Positions 11,446 through 23,722 of a stretch of 64,000 bases of DNA are shown in pieces; within the stretch, counting starts at the first letter, position 1, and the number at the start of each line of letters is the position of its first letter. This DNA comes from Hydrolagus colliei. Taxonomy: Eukaryota. Position numbers and translations under genes: made by a program. The DNA is taken from the NCBI GenBank assembly GCA_035084275.1, contig CM068743.1, positions 115,692,001-115,756,000 on the forward strand, in the 5' to 3' direction. Below the pieces are notes generated by a model. The model ran no database searches and was not told where the DNA came from. It saw only the letters and a list, made by a program, of their open reading frames with translations.

Positions 11446-12694
11446 AAATAATTATCTCAACTGCCTCACTGTTGGTTTCCATAGTCCGATGATACACAGT
11501 AGTTTGTACTCATTATAAGGCAAAAACAATCAACAGAAATAGACAGAACAGAATAAAGGGACATAGATCATAATCCTTTGTGAGTGCTTGATTTTTAAAA
11601 GGAGGTACAATGGTAAATCTTCCTTTAAGAGTTTTCCAGCACATTCATTTCAGGAATTTTGAAAAAAATACTGAAAAAAATGTGAAATCTTTGGCATCAC
11701 TGAGCACTGATTTGTTGAGAAGGAAGTCTGAAATAATTTATCCCATTAGTATCAAAGTTTTAAGGGAAAAGGAGGGAATATAGTAATACTGCAATATGGA
11801 AAGTGCAGCATGGGATATGTTATAATATTAATGGATTAAAGTTTTGTATTTAGTATGTGAGCTGGTCTGTATGACTGAGGTGATAAATCCCTTGATAACC
11901 TCTGGTCCTCAACTCCTAGGGTTTTGGAACCATTGTGCTCTACAGAGCATTACTGTATCTAACCTATGCCTTGACCTTTAGAGTTTGGTTGCTTTGCATA
12001 CCATCATGGGTGGACTTTCCACTCTAAAGGTAAATCAATAATCTTTTGAAATGGTTTCCAAGAATATAAGAGTTAACCTAAGATTCACTGAAATGCTGGT
12101 TGGTTTTATGTTTTGTGTATTTTGCTGTATGTTTATCTGTACATTGATCAAGAAAAGGAAATAGTTCAACCATGGCACAAAGTCCACTCATTGGTGAATT
12201 GGCTTCTCTACAAATAGCTATCTGCTTGTTATTGTCTATTAGAAAATGGACTTTGCCCCTTACAGTGTTGGCTTGGTATCTTTTAACTTTTGATGGTTGT
12301 ACCATATTATTGAATGCTCAGCTTTTGAAAACTTCTGCTTCTCATCATTTCTCCATTGTCACTGATAAGTGCCAAAACTTTCCAGCAGTATGAGGAACTT
12401 GGCCATAAACAATTTTGAAATAATTCAGTCACCTCACAGTAACATCTCAAAACAAATTGACATTATCAGATTGCTTATTAGTTGTCTTGTGCTGTAAATT
12501 AGTTCTACATGACCCCCTCCCCCTTGTATTCATATGTTTTATATATTTCTTCTTGTCCTAATTAAATGCTATAAATGCTCAAGGGATTCTGAGGTACACT
12601 ATGTCACATTTATAACCAGAAGCATTACAGCTAAATGTTGGAAATACCTAAACTTGTCAGGATCTCTGTACTATGTAGAATGTAATGTTTTATA

Positions 12695-12808
12695 CAGGGT
12701 GATCAAAAAATGTCATGATGCCATTACAATGTATAATAAGTCTTAAAGAAATGATGATTTTTTGGGGGTAATATGGTAGCTGAAAAATCTGACTTTTTGG
12801 TCACCCTG
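12695..12808. mobile_element. Tc1/mariner-type MITE, 114 bp
   Basis: TA|cagggtgatcaaaaaatgtca ... tgactttttggtcaccctg|TA: ~20-bp TIRs with TA target-site duplication. Confidence 0.85.
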
Positions 12809-13179
12809 TATAACTAAATAGTGCTGTATAATGTATTATGTTACACTTCACTACCATACATGTGTAAATATTACCATTCATAAGTATATCATCCTGTATA
12901 TTTGTAATAGCTTAAGTCTTTCTACCCATAAAAGGTGCAGTGTTTGGCATTTATATCATTTTGCACATGTAGATTTTATATAATAATTTATAACTTTTCA
13001 GGATAACATAGCTTTGCATATCCATAATTCAATCGTACTCCATATGTGTAACCCCATAAATCATAACAAACCAACACATAATCACACATATAGAGCCACT
13101 TAGTCACATATATTCATAGTAGAATCTAGTATACCTCAAAGCATATGAAACTGTACAGCACATCTGTAATTCTAAAATC

Positions 13180-13340
13180 AAATAATATTAAACCTTACAT
13201 TTGGGAAGTGCCTTTTATGTCAGAAGGACATCCGAAAGCACTTCTGATACATTGTAAAGTTACTATGTGTATTGTGGGCCACCTCAATAGTCAATTTGCA
13301 CAGAACAGTGTCCCACAAACAGCAACTAAATGACCAAAAT
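13180..13340 (-). mobile_element. SINE 3' half
   Basis: cagtgtcccacaaacagc and aaagcacttc motifs shared with other SINE copies. Confidence 0.65.
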
Positions 13341-13559
13341 ATATCTATAATCACGTAGTCATATGAGTTTTTAAATGACGCTTAGATCTATTCAATTCTG
13401 TAAGGCTAATATGGATGATTCATGGGAGTATCGAATGTTTAGGATTGCAGTTGTAAAGTTTTAAACTAAGAATTATAAAAGATGCAGTGCAGAAGTACAA
13501 AACTTCTGAATGGAAATTTGGAAGTAGATTCCGTTGTATTCTTTACTTTCATCACACAC

Positions 13560-14050
13560 GAATGACTGTGGCCATGAGCGTGCTTTGAGGAGGATGAGTT
13601 GCCAATTCTGATGTGCTGACAAAACTTGTCGAAGTGTCGGGGGGAGAGGAGGGGAAGCTCTCAGTTCATATGACTAATTAGATGGGCTTCATGCTGGGTT
13701 CTTCTTTTGAAGCTGATCTCCTCGCTAATTGCCCAGCATTTGTTGAAGAGAACAAGGTTAAGTTCAAATGTAGCAGAGGGCTGGTAACATTCTGTTGGCC
13801 GCCAATGCTGGTGCTGATGTGAAATGACAGGCAGCAGACGGAGATGTGTTAATTTAACTGATTAGGACTTTAACGTTTAGCCGGAACTTTGGGTGCAGGT
13901 CAATCCATTCAAACACATTAGAGAACACATGAGGCATGAGCTTTTGCAAAGTGCAGCTCGGCTTTGTGCAGAATTTAAAAGAGCATCGAGCAACATGTTC
14001 TGGCTGCTGGGAGGTAAGCATCTATTGTGCCAACAGGAGCCCAGAAAATT
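13560..14050. promoter_or_regulatory. Candidate conserved non-coding element / enhancer
   Basis: Repeat-free block with CTAATTAG, CTAATTG, TTAATTTA, TGACAG and AGGTCA/AGTTCA half-sites; ends in a GAG|GTAAGC donor-like site. Confidence 0.35.
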
Positions 14051-14809
14051 ATGTGTCACAAATTAAATGGGTACTAAAATACTAAAATGTTTAAAACACA
14101 TTACATCCACACATTACGCTGCATATTATCAATATTTTCTGACAAAAGGATTTCCATTAGGAAACAAATTCACCAGAAAATGAGATACTGCAGCACGACT
14201 ACTTGGTTCCCTTGAGTCAACGCAAGTAAACATATTAATAAGACAATATTAATCAAAAGTGTACAGGATTCTGAAAGGAAAAATGGGAACCATGGTTATG
14301 CTGTGACTTTTGACATCAGTTAAACATATATTGTACACATACAATAACTGTTAAACATTATCATACAGCCTCAAAGTGCGAAAGCTGGAAGATCACTTTA
14401 TTATTTTAGCAAAAATTAAAAACCCTCTTGCATGCAAAACAAACAAATTAAAAATGAACCAAAGCAAGACTGTGTTATGAAGGGTGTGACATGTATTTAT
14501 GGAAGAAATGTATTGGAATTTGGTTTTGTTTCATTAGACTGCTGAGCCCTTCACTCATGAATTTCTTTAGATGAGTAAAACTGTGCAACCTGTCTGTTCC
14601 AGTTAAATCTTTACTCCATATTTAGATTTTTCTTTCACATTCTCTGTTGGTCTCCACCCAAGTCTGTAAAACTGTAAACCAAAAGCTGTAAGGTGCTAAT
14701 TTAGTGAAGATTAGCGAGCCTTAACTCACTACACAGAAGAGTAGGTAGCAGGTTCAGTAGACAAGGTAGCACTAGCTTGGGATGAATGACTTCTTATTTC
14801 TATGATTTC

Positions 14810-14895
14810 ACATCCCAATGGACTTGAATACAAAGCACAAAGCTCCCTGTAATTTGGCATTAATTTGGCCAATCGTTCAGAGAAGCTAAATGGAT
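14810..14895 (+). mobile_element. LF-SINE-like fragment
   Basis: atcccaat...agcacaaa...ttggcattaatttggc...cagagaagc matches the core of the 39010-39400 copy. Confidence 0.4.
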
Positions 14896-15186
14896 AGAGA
14901 ACAAAATAGAATAGAGAATAACAAGAATAGACAACTAAGATGTGATAAGGCGCTATATCAAACGGAAGGATTATTATTATTATTATTATTATTCTAACAT
15001 GAAAAAATCATTAGTCCCAGGCTTCTCTGCCTTTGTGCTTTATTGCAGTTACAGCCCACCATGGAGGCACTCTATTTGCTACATAGCTCTAAACTCGTCA
15101 GCTGCTTTGAACTTCATATTCTCACTTGGGGGCAAAATACAGAAGAAACTATTTCTGTGCACAGATCCAGCATCTTTCACTTTGAT

Positions 15187-15630
15187 GTCAGCCAGCTTCA
15201 GTTGGTAACACTCTCACTCTCTCAATCTTATGAGTCACAAGGTTGTGGATTCAAGCTCGATATTGAGACTTTGAGCTCAAAGTCTAGGCTAACACTCTAG
15301 AGTGGTAATGGGATAGTAATGCATTGTCAGACAAGCATTCTTCACATGAGATGTTAAACCAAGGTTCCATCTGCCTGATCAGGTGGATGATAAAGATCCC
15401 AGGGCACTTTTAGAAAAGAGAAAACATTATTTATCTTGATGAACTGGCCAACAATTCCCCAGATAAAATTTGGTCATTCACATCATGGCTGTTTGTGAGA
15501 CATTGCTGTGTGCAATATGGCTGCTTACATTTGCCTGGAAATACACAGTCAATACACTTTACAGTAAATCTTGTGAATGTTTTGAGACATCTCAACAATG
15601 TGATGCTATATCAAATACAATGATTATTAT
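15187..15630 (+). mobile_element. Full-length Deu-domain tRNA-SINE
   Basis: tRNA-like head (cagttggtaacactc...tgtggattcaag), Deu core (atgagatgttaaaccaaggttccatctgcc...ggtggatgataaagatcccagggcac), tail gctatatcaaatacaatgattattat. Confidence 0.85.
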
Positions 15631-15839
15631 GTTCATGTTTACCAAACAAAATCACTGGAAAATATATGTTTCTTTCCTTGTTTTCAAAGTTCTAACGCAG
15701 GTATAAAAAGCAGATGAATGTAGTTGGAATAAGAAATATAAACTGTAGCTCCAGCCTGCTCTAGGTCTCCCTACCGTCAGTCACCAGGCTTTCAGCGTCT
15801 CTTCCCTCACTCTTTGGAACTCCATCCTACAATCCCTTC

Positions 15840-16940
15840 ACCTTGCTCCCTCTCCTGCACTGTCACCTGTGGCATCCCCCAGGGCTCTGTCCCTGGCCCC
15901 CTGCTTTTCAACATCTACATGATCCCACTTGGTGACATCATCTGCAGACATGGGGTTAACTTTCACATGTATGCGGATGACACCCAATTCTATCTCTCTG
16001 CCTCTACCCTTGACTCCAGCAGTACCACTGTCCTGACAGACTGTCTGTCAGACATCAAGTCCTGGATGAGAGCAAATTTTCTATAGTTGAATGTCAACAA
16101 GACCGAGGCACAACTGATTGGCTCGCGCCAGTGCCTTCTTGCATCAGGCGCTGGCTGCATCAACCTCCATGGTTGAATACTCAACCTCACCAAGCCAGTA
16201 AGGAACCTAGGTGTCTTGTTTGACCCTCAACTGTCTTTCTTCCCTCACATCCAAGCAATGACTCCCTCTGCCTTTCCCCATCTCCGCAACATTTCCCGAC
16301 TCCACCATTACCTCACCCTCAAAAGCCGCTGAAACCCTCATCCATGCCTTCTTTACATCCTGGCTCGATTATGCAAATGCCTTGCTGGTCGGGCTTCCCA
16401 ATTCCTCCATCCACAGGCTGCAGATAATCCAGAACTCTGCGGCCCATCTCCTCTACCGTTCCAAACCCCGTGATCCCATCTCCCTCATCCTTGCCCGACT
16501 CCATTGGCTCCCCATCATCCAGAGGATCCAATTCAAGATCTTGATACTCACATTTAAAGCCCTCCACAACCTCGCCCCACCCTACATCCGTGACGTCCTA
16601 TCCCCTTACCAACCTGCCCCACCCTCCGTTCAGCAGGCTCTGGCCTGCTCCATGACCCCCGACCCACCCGCCCAACCATTGGTGGGCAAGCCTTCAGCCA
16701 CTCTGCCCCCAATTTCTGGAATTCCATCTCAAAGTCCCTCCACCTCGTCCCCTCCCTGGCCTCCTTCAAGTCTTGTCTCAACACTCTCCTCTTCGATGGA
16801 CCCATTGGCAATTCCTCCTCCCCCACCACCCTCCCCCACCCTTTCCTCAGCTCAGGTCTGAATCAATAACTGTCCAGCACCTTGTCCAGCGTCCTCCTGA
16901 CGTGAAAAGTGCTATACAAATGTAATTTTGTTGTTGTTGT
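15840..16940 (+). mobile_element. 5'-truncated L2 LINE, decayed reverse-transcriptase ORF2
   Basis: [16 protein letters not shown]...[10 protein letters not shown]; LQIIQNSAA...LHWLPIIQRIQFKIL; stops and frameshifts; (TTG)n tail. Confidence 0.95.
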
Positions 16941-16959
16941 TAAGGACACAACTCATGAG

Positions 16960-17133
16960 CCTCCTTTTTGTGACCATTCCTTCACTCGCCCTCCAACTCC
17001 TTCTGCCCTCCCTCACCCCCAACCCTACTCCCTATGCTCAGGTCCTGATCACTGACTGTTCAGCATCTTGGGACGTCCTCCCAGCATGAATGGTGCTTTT
17101 AAAAATATAATTTGGTTATTTTTGTTATTGTTG
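16960..17133 (+). mobile_element. Second L2 3' end directly downstream
   Basis: gctcaggtcctgatcactgactgttcagcatcttgggacgtcctccc...ttgttattgttg. Confidence 0.8.
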
Positions 17134-17294
17134 TCATTCCTGAGGTGTGCCTATGGTAGAAAAAATCCAGTGCAAATATTAGCATTGAACACTCTTAAGA
17201 CAGGCAAAGGATCAACAATTGCCTTGATTCAAAACTAGATAAAACATCCTATACCAGTGCAACATTTCAATTTCGATTTCCCAAATTAGACATT

Positions 17295-17535
17295 CTTGTT
17301 ATTTCTCAGACAGAGTTTTAATTGAGTGTGAATAATTGGCACATTATGTCTCATTTTGTGCTGTGATCTTGCAAGCAGTGGCGATGGGATTAAGGACTGG
17401 TCAAAGTCATTGCATTTAGAGATCTCATAAATGGCAGATAGAGGTACTTTAATTCATTCAGTCTGGGCTAGAATGAAATCCATCTGCCAGAGGTGAAGGG
17501 ATCGAGTGCTAACCCATTGCTCTGCACAGTTCCTC
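17295..17535 (-). mobile_element. LF-SINE-like tRNA-SINE
   Basis: Reverse complement: cccttcacctctggcagatggatttcattctagcccagactg...ccttaatcccat...cagcacaaaa...ctctgtctgaga, colinear with 39010-39210. Confidence 0.6.
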
Positions 17536-17639
17536 ATCATTTTGTTTCTAAATATGCAGAGAAGATTTTCCATTAAACTGCATTTGAAATATAAATGTAT
17601 TTTGTATAGAAGGAGGCTTCACCATTACCCATTTTTACA

Positions 17640-17800
17640 AATCAGCTTTTTGTTTCACTAATCCCAATATCCCTTACTGTTTTTCAATGGCCAGATGCTT
17701 ATCCAATTCACTTCTGGATGATTCTATTGATCCAAGCTCAATAGCCACTTGCGGTAATGAATTCTAACAATCCTCTGATTCCGTGTTTCACTGTTGTTCT
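17640..17800 (-). mobile_element. CR1 LINE 3' fragment, old
   Basis: Reverse complement ...gaattcattaccgcaagtggctattgag...gaattggataagcatctgg...aagggatattggg is typical of the CR1 ORF2 end. Confidence 0.55.
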
Positions 17801-18314
17801 CAATGCTACTTAATATGTGCGTTAAATGCTGCTGAAATACTCACATTCACCAAATTAAGATTTGATTCCAATCAAAAAGCAATATTGAAAAGGATCTGAT
17901 GTAAATACAAAGGGAGTGTATATTAAAACAGGACCTAGAATGAGCCAAATAACTGTAAACCGTATCAAATATGAATGAATCTGCTGCTGAACTTATGGTA
18001 AAGCTAGTCATCAATTTACCATGGTACCCTCTAAATTAAAAGATTGCCAACTAGTCACAGGTTTATGAAAGGTACGGGCTTGAAGGGATATGGGGATGAG
18101 GCAGGGCACTGAGATACAATGAACACCTTGCTCTCAGAATAATCTCCTCCTGCTCTGTAAATTTTCATGATTCTAGTCAAGAATTCATATAGAATATAAT
18201 TATTCATGGCAAATCTTCCTCTACTTCTGTTGCCCATTAAGAGAATCTACAGTGAAAGCAATCAAATGTGCAGTTTACTTCATTCAGGTTGATAATATTA
18301 TGATAGGTTTCAAT

Positions 18315-18430
18315 AAAGTTCTGATGAAGGTTCGTAGGCCCGAAATGTTGACTCACTTTCCTTTCCCGGTGTTCCCAGCTATTTCTGTTCTAGTTTCAAA
18401 CTTCAGCATCTGCAGTATTTTGCATTTAGT
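18315..18430 (+). mobile_element. Penelope-like terminal fragment carrying a degenerate minimal hammerhead motif
   Basis: agtt-CTGATGA-aggttcgtaggccc-GAAA-tgtt-gact...cagcatctgcagtattttgc. Confidence 0.65.
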
Positions 18431-18469
18431 TTTTCAATAAACTGTATGTTGATAAATTGTTTCCAACAT

Positions 18470-18605
18470 TACCGACCCACACGCCACTGGAAATATTTTC
18501 TCCTTATTCACCCTATCAAGACATCTCATAATTTTGAAAACTGCTATTAAGTCTCTTCTGAACTATTTCCGTTTCAAGGAAAATGATCCTAGCTTCTCCA
18601 TCTGA
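18470..18605 (-). mobile_element. CR1 LINE ORF2 C-terminal fragment
   Basis: Reverse complement reads like LEKLGSFSLK...DLIAVFKIMR..DRVNKENIFP. Confidence 0.65.
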
Positions 18606-18924
18606 AGTTATGAATAGTGGAGTATAGGAGAAGGGAATTGGAGCATTGGAGGGTCATATGGAATATAATCAGAAGTTCTGTGCTGTATAATTCCATGTAA
18701 TTATATCTAGTAGGCAGAGACATGAGCAACCCAAGAGTGAGAGAGGAAGAGAGACCAGTGGGAGCATCGGTCAAAACTGCTCTGGAGACATGGATTAACA
18801 GTGAAAATGGTAGACTTCATTGACCGGCATAATCTACAGATGTTTAATGTCAGTGTTTTTTTTTACTTCATGTGGACTTGTTTACATGCTGAAAGAAGGT
18901 CTTCAAAGCTGAATTGTATAAAAA

Positions 18925-19225
18925 TAGTAATTTGCACTTATATAGCACTTTTCGTGTAAGGAGACATCTCAAAGCACTTTACAAAGACTGAGTGAAAAGG
19001 TAACCAAAGGATAGTGGGCAAAGCAGGCCAGCATTGGCAAAGTAGGGGGAGTGGCAATAGGCACAATTTCATAGAATGTGTGCAAGGTTGACTGGAGGAT
19101 AGAGGGGTAGTGTAGCAAGGCAAGAATGTTTGGATAAACACCTGGATCCTGATGCACAAGAGGATGCGGGCTGCTTAGTCTGGGAAGGTCTGAAGTTTGT
19201 GGAGAGGGGACCTGGAGATACCAGC
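18925..19225 (-). mobile_element. Old L2 3' fragment
   Basis: L2-type tail (aaagtgctatataagtgcaa on the minus strand) followed by purine-rich L2 antisense sequence. Confidence 0.55.
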
Positions 19226-20411
19226 ATGATGTCTAATAATTCATTTGAAAATTACTTCATAGTGGACTGGGGGGAATGAGATATTGAAATAGAAACAATT
19301 CTGTTGATTCTCTATAAAGGGGAGTTGCCTTGAAAGTTTCATTTTCAAGTGTGTGAAGAGAAGTGACCATTAGAATATTAGAATCTCTAGAATGGTTTCA
19401 ATCCTCGCTGTGCAAGCTGTTACCTCAGAATTATTGCATGTTATCCCACAAACCGGCCCAAACAAATAAATGTGGTGTTGGTTCAGTGCAGTATTTTCAG
19501 AAAGGCCTATTTTCTGATGCTCTCAGAATTTATCTGATTTGATGTCCCCTCACCCCATTAATGCACATATAACAGATACTGTTAAAATTAATCCACATTT
19601 CTTTGCTTGCAAGGTTTGAGAATGTTATATATGGGTGCTGTAAAAGTCTCTTTGCTGGAAGTGATATATACATATATACAGTATATAGATGGACACTTCT
19701 GGATATTCTCACCATTCGCAGACCATTGACCTTTCATCTAAATCTTCTTTCTTGATGAAACATTTCTCCTGGGGCCATTCTCTCTCCTTCAGTGAAGGCT
19801 GTGAAAATTCATGAATACATTTATAGCAACTAAAATCTCAATAAATATTTAATTTGCCATGCGAAACATTGAGAAGTTGCTGAAGTTTCAACTTTCAATG
19901 TGACTTTTTAGATTTTTTGTAAAAAAAAGACACATAGGGTTGAAATTCTGTGCACTACATAACAAGCGTGATTTTAGATTCTTTCTGCAATTTGAAGAGT
20001 GCACTAAAATAATCCTGTGGGCTCTCGTACAGTTTCTTTCTGTGGAAACATCTGACTATTACATGCATTGTGGGCTATATTCTGTAAAGTTTCTACTTCC
20101 CATATATCTATGCATCTCTTTCTTGAATCCCGCAATGGATATTTTTCCATGCTGAAATGAACGTTTCCATTTTACATATACAGTACATATTCAGAATTTC
20201 TCCGCTTCAATGTATTTCCAACCCTAATAAATGCATTTTAACTATACATTCTATAGCTCCCAATGGATACTCTGGACTACAATCCTTGGCTCTCGCCAAC
20301 CAGCACCTAATATTCTTAGAATTAGTTAGCAGGTATTTCTCCAGGGGGAAGGTGTATATTCTAATCCAGACACAGGCCCATTTCCAGGTATAGATGGCAT
20401 ACATTCAATAC

Positions 20412-20480
20412 AATAATTACAATGCAAAATTACATTTCTCAAGAGTCTTTCACGTTGGGAGGACTTCTCAAGTCGCTGGA
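20412..20480 (-). mobile_element. L2 3' tail only
   Basis: aaaattacattt...tttcacgttgggaggacttctcaagtcgctgg. Confidence 0.7.
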
Positions 20481-21571
20481 ACTCTCAGTCAGGTTTGGCT
20501 TATTAGTCGATTTCCACATGTGCCACACCTCTGGCTGACCAAACAAAAAATAAATAAATGCATTACTTCCTCTTTGGCTATATTGAACTGCATGTACCAT
20601 ATATTTGTCTATTCCCCTAATCTATCAACATCCACTTGCAAATGATTGAGCTGTTCCATACAATTAATTACATCTGAGCATTGTGATATCTTTCATTAGC
20701 TTACCTTGTGACATGCTTTTATTTACTTTGCCCCTCTCCCCATCCTGAGATGGTGTTCCCAACCTTCATTCTACACTATTCCCCAATTCTAAGCTTAGGG
20801 ACTCACTGTGTTGGAAACATCAATAAAAGATCTCCAAATCTTCATATTAATGAACAACACACTGGACAACATGATCATAAACACTGCATATGCCACATTG
20901 ACATTTACAATCGCATATTGATTCCTTTCCTTTACAGAGTTTTACCTGAGCAGTGTGACACAGAGAAGCCTGATTTACGGCAGTTTCAAACACTCAATCA
21001 GTCTTAACAGTTCACTTCTCTTTACCACAAAGAGATCAATAAGTAGACCTTAACACAAAGTAACATCATGTTCAATAGACAAATAGCTGGGACCCTTCTC
21101 ACTGATTGATTTCTGAAAGTGAGTTAATAAAGAAGCATACTATGAGTGGAAGGTTGCAGGAAGGGAGCTGTCACAGCGCCTGGCTATTTGCTTCCATTAA
21201 TCGAGAAAATGTAGCCTATTGCTGTGTCAGAGAGCCACTAATACCCACAAAAACATGTCCCTCTATAAACCTGTGAGCATACGGACAGCTTGTTCCCACT
21301 CATTGATTAATGGTAGAACACATGAATGCTGAGACTGATTTAACTTCTCATGCCTCACAACATTCATCCCCAAAAAAACTCTCAATGTGAGTCTCACCCA
21401 ATGCTTCAACACACAACAAGAGAATGGGTACATGCATAATAGCTTGTTATTGATGTAGTTATGGTTCCAATGGGTTACTACAAGCCAACAGACTGGCCTA
21501 GGGGATCATAGAGACACATAAACTTAGAAATCTACAGCACAGAACGCGGTCATTTGGCCCATCAGCCGTGT

Positions 21572-21812
21572 GTCAGCCTAGCTCAGTGGGAACACTCTTG
21601 CCTTGGAGTCAGTAGACTATGGGTTCAAGGCCCATGTCAGGACGTAGAATCACACAGTGTAAAGTGACACTTCAATGCAGTGGAGGCAGGTATATGTTGC
21701 ATTATCAGAGATGACGTTCTTTGGATGAAACTTTCAACTAAGGTCCTGTCCTCTAGTTCAGGTGGTGGTTAAATATCCCATGGCACAATTCGTAAAGAGA
21801 AGGGAGTTTCAG
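21572..21812 (+). mobile_element. Deu-domain SINE, 5' part
   Basis: agctcagtgggaacactcttgcc...gggttcaag (A/B boxes), tttggatgaaac...aggtcctgtc...atcccatggcac. Confidence 0.8.
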
Positions 21813-22369
21813 TACAACCCTTCCTCCTATGCAACATGCAGGGGAATCCCTGCAGAAAATAAAATTTACATCTCAAGGTACTTTTACAACCTCTATGGCA
21901 AATGGTTCAGTGTGATCAAGCTAAAATCAAGCTGGGTTCTGTATGACCCTTCCTCCTACACAACCATCTGATGATAAACAACATACTTTCTTGCCCTGCC
22001 CTGGTCTACATTGGAAAATCCCGCTGTATTTGTTTGCCCTTTTAATTATTTAAGAGCATTCTCTCCCATTTTCACTCTTTCACTGATCTGTCCGCTTGCA
22101 TGCGAAACTCTCACACCATTTATGCTTGAAATAATCATGTAACCTCTTACTGCAGACTCCCCTGAGGTATAGGACGAAGAAGACATTCTCCTTTTGAAGC
22201 TGTTTGCAGAAGGTTTTTCGACACTAGTTTGTACCTGAGTACTTAAAAGCTGTCTGAGAACTATTAAACTAATAAAATACTATACATAAAACAAATTTCA
22301 TTTGTAAGCAAGGACAGCAAATTGTGCACTCCTGAGCTCCCAAGGAGAATTGCTATTTAGGTTAGAGAA

Positions 22370-22631
22370 TTGATTATTAATCAGGATGTTAATAGATGTA
22401 AATAGTATTTTATTTCTGAAATAACGTCATGGGACCTTTAACATTCACTTAAAGATTGGGGCAGAGAGAATCAGTTTTTTATCTCATCCAATAGTCAGCA
22501 CCACTGACATTGCAGCACTCCCCACGACTGCACTGAAGTGTGAACCTGGAATATAAGCTCAAGTCATATGGGGGACTCAAACTCACAATGACCCTGTGGA
22601 GAGAATGCTACCAACTAAGCCAAACTGACAC
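22370..22631 (-). mobile_element. Deu-domain SINE
   Basis: Reverse complement begins gtgtcagtttggcttagttggtagcattctc; contains cagtgcagtc..ggagtgctgcaatgtc and ggatgaga. Confidence 0.8.
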
Positions 22632-23654
22632 CTTATATGGGAACTCATTTTGTGTGCCAGTTCTTACGTACTTTCAACAGTTCCATGGATTATAGAAATC
22701 TGTATCTGCATCAAAAATACTTGTTTTTGTGGGGAGAGGGGAAGAGTAGAATAGCCTGCATTATCTCCTCATAATGATGTTACGTCTGAGTGAAATACTG
22801 TAGTGACAGATTATAGTGCCAATTACATTGTGTTATTATCTTTGCAAAGGAAGAAGAAAAGGCAACGATGAACAAAACAAGAATTGTAGTAACCAAATCT
22901 TAGTTCAGAAATAAACAAACTGTAATGATTTTGAGTAATGTTTAGGTGAGATATGTATAACAGAGGATGTGTTAAAATACTGCAGACAGGAGGTAAAGGG
23001 ATAACACCTGATAGGTCAAAGGCCTGATGTATCACCTTTTCCTTTGTCAATTTTTTGAAGGAAGGCAGGAAACTGGCCTCTAAGTGAAGGCTATGTTTTT
23101 AAGTATTTTCCACAATTCTGAGCAACTTTAGATTTTAAAATGAAATAGTCTTAGGCTAAGACAAGAGGGAATGTACTTCTAAAGTCAAACAAAAGGGGCA
23201 TTTTTGGGATTGACGATTTTTAAGAACTTTCAGAATTGTTGTTTCTCGATGAGGTGAAAGCATCGTCTGTGTTTCACATGCACCATTTAAGCCCATTTTC
23301 ACTCTAGTATTCCACATGGATATGCTTCAAAACAATAACAATCTCCCCTGAATATTGTCCAGGCTTTTCATTAATCTGGTGTTCACTGTTTCAATTTCCG
23401 TGTGTAAGAATTCCCAGTCAGTCCCTGAGCTGGAGACTCGATTTGGGAATTTTGGTGTGACCTGAAAGCTAAAAGCGCAAGCTGACTAAGATTGTATGTT
23501 GGAAGCCCATACCATTGAAATATGCAGCTCCTTTTGTGAGAATCATTTCAATGAACTAATACTTTGCTCTGTTCATTTATTTTGTTAACCAGAATTGTCA
23601 TGATATTAACACAGATTTTTGTACTGTACGGATTGTGTCTGAAACAATGACTGT

Positions 23655-23722
23655 CACAGCACCTTGGGACATCCTCCTGACGTGAAAGATGCTATACAAG
23701 TGTACTTTTATTGTTGTTGTTC
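23655..23722 (+). mobile_element. L2 3' tail only
   Basis: cagcaccttgggacatcctcctgacgtgaaagatgctatac...ttgttgttgtt. Confidence 0.85.
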
